From assembly GCA_900757495.1 (NCBI GenBank), contig CAAENX010000012.1, positions 3,918 through 67,917 of the forward strand: 64,000 nucleotides of DNA, read 5' to 3'. This DNA is from an uncultured Collinsella sp. Lineage in GTDB: Bacteria; Actinomycetota; Coriobacteriia; Coriobacteriales; Coriobacteriaceae. Position 1 is the first letter of the stretch. Every line of letters starts with the position of its first letter. Below the pieces are notes generated by a model. It was not told where the DNA came from. It saw only the letters and a program-made list of their open reading frames with translations, and made no database searches. This document shows positions 57,262 to 64,000 of the stretch, piece after piece. The translations under genes and the position numbers were made by a program.

Positions 57262-57574
57262 CGAGTTCTTGGTTCTGTGGCTGTCGTCGTGGACTGCTAT
57301 CGCGTTCTTTCGCATCGCGCCGGCGTTCGCCTTGCGCGGGCGGACCCTGTCGCCCCGCATTACCGAGGCCCTGGGCTATATCCCGCCCGCTGCCTTTGCC
57401 GCGCTGGTCGCCAACGACTTGGTGAGCCCCGGCGCGTTCGACGCGGGACTCTGGCCTGCCTTGGTTCCCTGGATTGCGGCCGCCGGCGTCGTGGCGGTGG
57501 CAATCAAGACAAAATCGATGTTGTGGTGCTGCGTCTCGGGCATCGTGTTCTATATCGTCTTGAGTCTTATATAG
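57251..57574 (+). CDS. azlD: AzlD-family membrane protein
   Basis: R..P, L.YIPPA.FAALV; overlaps azlC. Confidence 0.8.
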   Translation: MPVNEFLVLWLSSWTAIAFFRIAPAFALRGRTLSPRITEALGYIPPAAFAALVANDLVSPGAFDAGLWPALVPWIAAAGVVAVAIKTKSMLWCCVSGIVFYIVLSLI

Positions 57575-57724
57575 GGGTGGCGTCGCGGGCGCCGAATCTC
57601 GTTCCATCCCAACTTGTCGGATTTTTCATCGAGCTGGTCTATTTCTTCTGGTACCATGGTCAAACTTTACTGTAGCAAAGCGTGACGTGGGCTTTTGTAC
57701 CCCGTCAGCGGAAATGGGGGTTTC

Positions 57725-58747
57725 ATGGCACAGGAAGCAGCCGCCAACGAGCAAAAGAAATTCAAGATCCCGCGCATCCCGGGCGACATCATGATCTATC
57801 CGATGATCGTCGGTCTTTTGCTCAACACCTTCTGCCCGCAGGTTTTTGAGATCGGCGGCTTCTTTACGGCTGCCTGCCGCGGTGGGTCCAATACCATCGT
57901 CGCCGCGATCCTGCTGTTTGTGGGCGCCGGCATCAGCTTTAAGTCCACGCCGGGCGCCATCAAGACTGGCATCGTCGTGCTGATCCCCAAGCTGGTCGTC
58001 GCAGCGGCTCTCGGCCTGGGCGTGGCATATTTCTTTAACGACAACTTCCTGGGTCTGAGCTCCGTGTCTATCATCGGCGGCATCACGTTTTGCAACATGG
58101 CGCTCTATACGGGCATCATGGGCGAGTTCGGCGATGAGTCCGAGCAGGGCGCCGTCGGTATCCTGTTCTTTACGGCCGGCCCCGCCGTCACGATGATCAT
58201 CCTCGGTGTCTCGGGTCTCGCCAACATCCCCGTCGGCACTATCATCGGATCCATCCTGCCGCTTGTTATCGGCATGTTCCTGGGCAACTTGTTCCCGTTT
58301 ATCAAGAACCTGCTGGTCCCCGGCGCCAATCCCGCGATCGCTGTCATCGGTTTTCAGCTCGGTGCGTCTATGAGCCTTTCGAGCTTCATCACCGGCGGCA
58401 TTTCGGGCATTCTGCTGGGCCTCACCACGCTCTTTATCGTCGGCCCCATCACCTTTGCGTTCGAGCGCCTGTGCGGTGGTAACGGCAAGGCTGCCGTGGC
58501 TTGCTCCACCATCGCCGGCACGGCTATGACCACGCCGGTTGCCCTCGCCGAGGTCGCGCCGCGCTACGCCGAGCTTGCGCCCACCGCGTATGCGCAGATC
58601 GCCACTGCCGTCATCATCACGGCAATCATGGCCCCGATTCTGACTGGCTGGGTCGATAAGAAGTTCTGCCACGGCAAAGAGGATCTGACGGTCGAAGGCG
58701 TCGAGGCTATTGAGGAGGCCGTCGCGACCGACATCGACGGCGAGTAA
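57725..58747 (+). CDS. kdgT: 2-keto-3-deoxygluconate permease
   Basis: IPG..M..P..VGLLLNTF.P, N..LY, GP..T, ST.AG. Confidence 0.82.
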   Translation: MAQEAAANEQKKFKIPRIPGDIMIYPMIVGLLLNTFCPQVFEIGGFFTAACRGGSNTIVAAILLFVGAGISFKSTPGAIKTGIVVLIPKLVVAAALGLGVAYFFNDNFLGLSSVSIIGGITFCNMALYTGIMGEFGDESEQGAVGILFFTAGPAVTMIILGVSGLANIPVGTIIGSILPLVIGMFLGNLFPFIKNLLVPGANPAIAVIGFQLGASMSLSSFITGGISGILLGLTTLFIVGPITFAFERLCGGNGKAAVACSTIAGTAMTTPVALAEVAPRYAELAPTAYAQIATAVIITAIMAPILTGWVDKKFCHGKEDLTVEGVEAIEEAVATDIDGE

Positions 58748-58937
58748 TCGTCGACGCGAGTCAATCAAGCCGGCGTGTGCAATTCGCGCCGTATGGGCGC
58801 CCGAACGGTGGCTGTTCTGCAGTGACGTTCGGGCGCTCTGCTATGATTCCCTTTACCCCTGCGGAGAAAGGGGTGTTTGGCGCCTGGGCGCGACTCGGGC
58901 GATTCTGGCCACTTGGATATTGAAGGGAGGGCGTCTA

Positions 58938-60080
58938 GTGATTAAGGCACTCAAGATCGAGATATTCCTGCTATGCATGATTGTTCTTATCGGGCTTGCC
59001 GTACGAAGCCGTCGCTCCCTGTTCTCGAGCACCCAGCAGCTTTTGTTTAGCATGCTGGGCTACACGTCTGCTGCCTACATTTTCTTCGATATGATCTGGA
59101 CGCTCTCGGACGGCGTAAGCACTCCTGTAGGCATCACGGCCAACTGGATTTCCAACGCGGTCTCGTTTTCGCTGTTCGCCATCGCGTGCCTCATTTGGTT
59201 TTTCTATTCCGAGACGATGCAGGGCTCACGGCTCCTGACCACGCCCTACAGGGTGGTACTTTTAGCGTTGCCAACAGCATTGGTGGTCGTGCTGGCATTT
59301 ACCAGCTACTGGACGCACGCTATGTTCTATATCGATGCACAGGGCGTATATCGTCGCGGAGCGCTTTATATGATTCAGCCTATCGTTAGCTACTGCTACG
59401 TCATATATACGTCCTTGCATGCCTTTATTCAGGCTCAAAAAGTCGAAAGCCTGCAAAAGAAGGCCATTTATCGCACCCTCGCCTTTTTTGCGGTTCCCGC
59501 TCTGGTGGGCGGTACCTTCCAGGTTTTGTTTTCGGTACCGGGCCTTTGCGTCGGTATAACGCTGAGCATCCTGCTGCTCTATATCGTCTATCAGGAGCAA
59601 CTGATCTCGACCGACCCGTTGACTGGACTCAACAACCGCAACCGTTTTGAGACCTATATGCTGTCGCTGTTCTCGGGTGCAGACCAGGCCGATGACGTGT
59701 ATCTGCTTATGATGGACGCTGACGGCTTTAAGCAGATTAACGATCACTATGGACATGTGGAGGGCGACCATGCCCTCCAGGTCATATCTGCTGCGCTCAA
59801 AGAGGTCTGCTCGGCGTCTGGTGGTTTTATCGCACGTTATGGCGGCGACGAGTTCGTGGTGCTCCAAAAGGCGGCAGCGGAGCAGGACATCATGCGTCTG
59901 TGCGCGGCAATCAACGATGAACTCGCACGCGCCGAGGTGCCGTATCTGTTGCGGATGTCCATCGGCTATGCACGGGTCGGTGATGGTGTCGATATCTGGC
60001 AAGATTTGCTTCGCGCCGCCGACGCGGAGCTCTACCGCGTAAAGTACGAGAAGAAGAAAGCTGGCGTCCAGATACGCTAG
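58938..60080 (+). CDS. Membrane-bound GGDEF diguanylate cyclase
   Basis: About 7 TM helices then DPLTGLNNR, FKQINDHYGH, RYGGDEF; no RxxD I-site. Confidence 0.9.
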   Translation: MIKALKIEIFLLCMIVLIGLAVRSRRSLFSSTQQLLFSMLGYTSAAYIFFDMIWTLSDGVSTPVGITANWISNAVSFSLFAIACLIWFFYSETMQGSRLLTTPYRVVLLALPTALVVVLAFTSYWTHAMFYIDAQGVYRRGALYMIQPIVSYCYVIYTSLHAFIQAQKVESLQKKAIYRTLAFFAVPALVGGTFQVLFSVPGLCVGITLSILLLYIVYQEQLISTDPLTGLNNRNRFETYMLSLFSGADQADDVYLLMMDADGFKQINDHYGHVEGDHALQVISAALKEVCSASGGFIARYGGDEFVVLQKAAAEQDIMRLCAAINDELARAEVPYLLRMSIGYARVGDGVDIWQDLLRAADAELYRVKYEKKKAGVQIR

Positions 60081-60179
60081 AAATAGGGGCGCACGCTTGC
60101 GTGCGTGGCGGCTCCCAGCTTACCGATGTACTCCATTAAACTAAAGTGTGCGAACGCCATTCCTAAAAAGGTGAGCTCG

Positions 60180-61115
60180 CTAGGCTTTTTTGGGTTTGTT
60201 GACGATGATGATGCCGCCGCAGACCAACAGCAGGGCAACGATGACGGTAACGGGGCTCGTGCCCGCGCCTTCGCCGAGCAGCAGCGCGCTCAGCAGCACA
60301 CCAAAGACGGGGTTCATAAACCCAAAGACCGAGACGCGGCTGACGGGGTTGACGGCAAGCAGGCGCGACCACAGCGAGTAGGCGACCGCGGAGATAAGCG
60401 CCATGTAGATGATGAGCGCGATGGCGGGGATGATCGCGGTGGGGGAGAACGCGCCGCCCATCAAAAACCCGATGGCGGTGAGGACCAGGCCGCCGACCAA
60501 GAACTGCCACCCGGCAAGCAAGACACCGTCGTGCTCGCGCGAGAAGATGCCGATCAGGCAGGTCGACAGGGCACCCGCGACGGTGGAGGCCAGGATAAAG
60601 CCCTCGCCGTCGAGCGTAAAGCCAAAGGTGCCGTCCGCGCCCGAAAGGTTGACGAGCGCGACGCCGGCAAAGCCCAGTACACAGCCGAGCACCTTGGCCG
60701 CATCGAGCTTTTCGGTGCGAAACGCCAGGGCGGCAAAGAGGATTGCGAGGAAGTTGGCGCTGGCCTCGATGATGGAGCTCGACATGGCACTGGCGCGCGA
60801 GAGTCCCAGGTAGAAAAAGAAGTACTGCCCGATAGTCTGGAAGAGCGACAAGACAAAGATGGGCTTGATGTCGCGAGCCTGCGGAACGAGTGGACGGCGC
60901 TGAGCCGCGCTCATCCCAACGATAACCAGGGCGCCGGCAAGCGTAAAGCGTAAACCTGCAAAGAGCAGCTGCGAAGCGCTATCGTGCGCTGGGATACCAA
61001 AGAGTGCGTAGCCGATCTTGATGCAGGGAAAGGCCGATCCCCAGAGTGCACAGCAAACAAGACAGCCCAGGATGAGTCCGGGCAGGGTGGCGAGATACGG
61101 CTTGCGGCTTTCCAT
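60180..61115 (-). CDS. EamA/DMT family permease
   Basis: LWGSAFPCIK, FAGLRF, NPVFG. Confidence 0.88.
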   Translation of the reverse strand: MESRKPYLATLPGLILGCLVCCALWGSAFPCIKIGYALFGIPAHDSASQLLFAGLRFTLAGALVIVGMSAAQRRPLVPQARDIKPIFVLSLFQTIGQYFFFYLGLSRASAMSSSIIEASANFLAILFAALAFRTEKLDAAKVLGCVLGFAGVALVNLSGADGTFGFTLDGEGFILASTVAGALSTCLIGIFSREHDGVLLAGWQFLVGGLVLTAIGFLMGGAFSPTAIIPAIALIIYMALISAVAYSLWSRLLAVNPVSRVSVFGFMNPVFGVLLSALLLGEGAGTSPVTVIVALLLVCGGIIIVNKPKKA

Positions 61116-61140
61116 GATGTCCTTCCTACATGCGCGATGC

Positions 61141-61181
61141 AAAAAAGAACCCGCCACCGGATGTCTCGGTGGCGGGTGTTG
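61141..61181 (-). terminator. Intrinsic terminator after purL
   Basis: ACCCGCCACCG...CGGTGGCGGGT hairpin with an A run on the left. Confidence 0.75.
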
Positions 61182-61214
61182 TTACCCGAAGGGATTTTAA
61201 CCGATGGGAAAGGT

Positions 61215-64000
61215 TTAAGCGAAGTAGGCCACGCCGCTCTCAAAGATCGGCATGAACTTATCGCCGGGGACATGCTCGGGCACGTTGCGGTACAGGTTGT
61301 CGCCGCGACGCTCGGCATGGCCCATCTTGCCCAGGACGCGGCCGTCGGGGCTCGTGATGCCCTCGATGGCGAGTGCGGAGCCGTTGGGGTTGACGGAAAG
61401 ATCCATGCTGGGCTTGCCGTCCTCGCCCACGTACTGCGTGGCGACCTGGCCGTTGGCGATCAGCTGGGCGAGCACCTCGTCATTGGCGACAAAGCGGCCC
61501 TCGCCGTGGCTGATGGCGACGGTGTAGGGGTCGTCCAGGCTGCACTGCGACAGCCACGGGGACAGGTTAGACGAGATGCGGGTGCGCACCAGACGGCTCT
61601 GGTGGCGACCGATGGTGTTGAACGTCAACGTGGGCGCATCGGGCGTGGCGTCGACGATGTCGCCGTAGGGCACCAGGCCGAGCTTGATCAGGGCCTGGAA
61701 GCCGTTGCAGATGCCCAGCATCAGGCCGTCGCGGGCCTTGAGCAGGTCGCGAACTGCCTCGGTGACCTCGGGGGCGCGGAAGAACGCCGTGATGAACTTG
61801 GCGGAGCCGTCGGGCTCGTCGCCGCCCGAGAAGCCGCCGGGGATCATGACGATCTGGCTTTGGCGGATGCGACGGGCAAGCTCGTGGGTGCTTTCGGCAA
61901 CAGCCTCGGGCGTGAGGTTGTTGATTACGAAGGTGTCAGCCTCGGCACCGGCAGCGCGGAAGGCACGGGCGCTGTCGTACTCACAGTTGTTGCCGGGGAA
62001 AACGGGGATAATCACGCGCGGACGGGCGATCTTGGCGCCGCCGTACACATGGATGTCCTTGGCGCGGAAGTCGATGGTCTCGGCCTCGGCGGTCTCGCCG
62101 GCGCTGCGGTAGGCGAAGACGCCCTCGATGCCGCTCTCCCAGGCTTCCTGGAGCTCGGAGAGATCGATGATCTCGGAGCCGGTGTCGATGACATAGCCCT
62201 CGACGGTGGTGCCCAGGGGCTCGACGACAACGCCGTCGGCGACCTCGGGCAGCTCGGCGTCATCGGCGAGCTCGACGATAAAGCTGCCGTAGAGCGGGGT
62301 GAAGAAGCTCTCCACGTCCACATCCTCGGCAAGCTCGATACCGATCTGGTTGCCGACGCACATCTTAAAGAGGCTCTCGGCGCCGCAGCCGTAGCCGGGC
62401 GTGGAGATGGCCAGGGCGTTGCCGGTAGCAGTGAGCGCCTCGACGGCGTCAAATGCGGCGAGCAGCTGCTGGGCATCGGGACGGTAGTCCTCGCCGTAGG
62501 TGGCGGGGGCGATGCGGACGACGCGGTGCGTCAGATCCTTGAACTCAGGAGAGACGGCGCGTGCCGCGCGGCCCACGGCCACAGCGAAGCTAATTAGGGT
62601 CGGCGGAACGTTGAGCTCGCCGGCCTCGTCCTCAAAGGAGCCGCTCATGGAGTCCTTGCCGCCGATGGCGCCGGCACCCAGATCGACCTGGGCCATAAGG
62701 GCACCCAGGACGGCTGCCATGGGCTTGCCCCAACGCTCGGCCTCGGTGCGCAGGCGCTCGAAGTACTCCTGGAAGGAGAGGTAGGCGCGCTTGTGCTCAA
62801 AGCCGGCGGCAACGAGCTTGGCGATGGACTCGACTACGGACAGGTAGGCGCCCGCAAACTGGTCGGCTTCCATCAGATAGGGGTTGAAGCCCCATGCCAT
62901 AGCGCTCGCCGTGGTGGTCTCGCCGTCCACGGGGAACTTGGCGACCATGGCAGAGCTCGGAGTGAGCTGCGTCTTGCCGCCAAAGGGCATGAGCACGGTC
63001 GCGGCGCCGATGGTGGAGTCGAAGCGCTCGGAAAGGCCCTTGTTGGAAGCGACGTTGAGGTCGGTGACGAGCGAGGTCATGCGCTCGGCGAGTGTGGTGC
63101 CGGCCCAGCTGGGCTGCCACACGCTACGGGCGCACACGTGGGCGACCTGGTGCTTGGGTGCGCCGTTGGAGTTGAGGAACTCGCGGGACAGGTCGACGAT
63201 GGCGACGCCGTTCCAGGCCATGCGCATGCGCGGCTCGGCGGTAACCTCGGCGATAACGGTCGCCTCGAGGTTCTCCTCGGCGGCGTAGCCCATGAACTCT
63301 TCGACGTCACCGTCAGCGACGGCGCAGGCCATGCGCTCCTGGGACTCGGAAATGGCGAGCTCGGTGCCGTCCAGGCCGTCGTACTTCTTGGTCACGGTAT
63401 CGAGGTCGACATACAGGCCGTCGGCAAGCTCGCCCACGGCGACCGAGACGCCGCCGGCGCCAAAGTCGTTGCAGCGCTTGATTAGGCGGCAGGCGTCGCC
63501 GCGGCGGAACAGGCGCTGCAGCTTGCGCTCGACCGGGGCGTTGCCCTTCTGGACCTCTGCACCCGAGGTCTCGATGGACTCGGTGTTCTGGGTCTTGGAG
63601 GAGCCGGTAGCGCCGCCGATGCCGTCACGGCCGGTGCGGCCGCCCAGCAGGATGATCTTGTCGGTGGGGGCGGGGCACTCGCGACGCACGTGGTTTGCCG
63701 GGGTAGCGCCCACGACGGCGCCAACCTCCATGCGCTTGGCCACGTAACCGGGATGATAGAGCTCGTTGACCTGACCGGTGGCAAGGCCGATCTGGTTGCC
63801 GTAGCTGGAGTAGCCGGCGGCAGCGGTGGTCACGAGCTTACGCTGCGGGAGCTTGCCCTCGAGCGTCTCGGAAACCGGGACGGTGGGGTCGCCGGCGCCG
63901 GTGACGCGCATGGCCTGGTACACGTAGCTGCGGCCCGACAGCGGGTCGCGGATGGCGCCGCCCACGCAGGTGGCGGCACCGCCGAAGGGCTCGATCTCGG
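61215..64000 (-). CDS. purL: Phosphoribosylformylglycinamidine synthase, large fused form (5' end outside window)
   Basis: GAATCVGGAIRD, DFGAGG, SESQERM, GGKDSMS; glutaminase FPGNNCE, LGICNGFQ, SHGEG, MGHAER. Confidence 0.95.
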   Translation of the reverse strand, partial: EIEPFGGAATCVGGAIRDPLSGRSYVYQAMRVTGAGDPTVPVSETLEGKLPQRKLVTTAAAGYSSYGNQIGLATGQVNELYHPGYVAKRMEVGAVVGATPANHVRRECPAPTDKIILLGGRTGRDGIGGATGSSKTQNTESIETSGAEVQKGNAPVERKLQRLFRRGDACRLIKRCNDFGAGGVSVAVGELADGLYVDLDTVTKKYDGLDGTELAISESQERMACAVADGDVEEFMGYAAEENLEATVIAEVTAEPRMRMAWNGVAIVDLSREFLNSNGAPKHQVAHVCARSVWQPSWAGTTLAERMTSLVTDLNVASNKGLSERFDSTIGAATVLMPFGGKTQLTPSSAMVAKFPVDGETTTASAMAWGFNPYLMEADQFAGAYLSVVESIAKLVAAGFEHKRAYLSFQEYFERLRTEAERWGKPMAAVLGALMAQVDLGAGAIGGKDSMSGSFEDEAGELNVPPTLISFAVAVGRAARAVSPEFKDLTHRVVRIAPATYGEDYRPDAQQLLAAFDAVEALTATGNALAISTPGYGCGAESLFKMCVGNQIGIELAEDVDVESFFTPLYGSFIVELADDAELPEVADGVVVEPLGTTVEGYVIDTGSEIIDLSELQEAWESGIEGVFAYRSAGETAEAETIDFRAKDIHVYGGAKIARPRVIIPVFPGNNCEYDSARAFRAAGAEADTFVINNLTPEAVAESTHELARRIRQSQIVMIPGGFSGGDEPDGSAKFITAFFRAPEVTEAVRDLLKARDGLMLGICNGFQALIKLGLVPYGDIVDATPDAPTLTFNTIGRHQSRLVRTRISSNLSPWLSQCSLDDPYTVAISHGEGRFVANDEVLAQLIANGQVATQYVGEDGKPSMDLSVNPNGSALAIEGITSPDGRVLGKMGHAERRGDNLYRNVPEHVPGDKFMPIFESGVAYFA

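Noticed and set aside
1..64000. tRNA, rRNA, integrase, prophage or reverse transcriptase genes
   Set aside because: None recognised by eye; tRNAscan-SE and HMM searches would be needed to exclude them fully.

Overview
High-GC actinobacterial chromosome window, most consistent with a gut Coriobacteriaceae (Collinsella-like; inferred from gene content and composition, not from a database search). It is mostly metabolic and housekeeping genes: a TPP-riboswitch thiM-ykoF-thiE operon, LysR plus a MetE-like enzyme, two nucleobase permeases, a bile salt hydrolase, an HTH-fused AlaA, pdxST/pdxR, rubrerythrin, ADH/ALDH, trmB, Elp3, an Etf-linked FAD oxidoreductase, azlCD, kdgT, a GGDEF protein and purL. 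It also carries a Shango-type anti-phage trio and two surface-protein loci. The most unusual signals are non-coding or below the ORF cut-off: (1) two inverted copies of a ~150-nt structured element whose stems covary almost completely while the loops are conserved (18212-18364, 19900-20051); (2) a PD-(D/E)XK/DUF559-like nuclease gene bracketed by two direct copies of a ~125-bp element with terminal inverted repeats; (3) an unannotated 27-aa type I toxin-antitoxin-like locus behind a LexA box; (4) a tandem surface-protein cassette carrying a synonymously diverged copy of the upstream permease 3' end; (5) a 50-nt piece of a LysR gene embedded in the 3' UTR of its divergent neighbour. Product calls come from motif recognition by eye.
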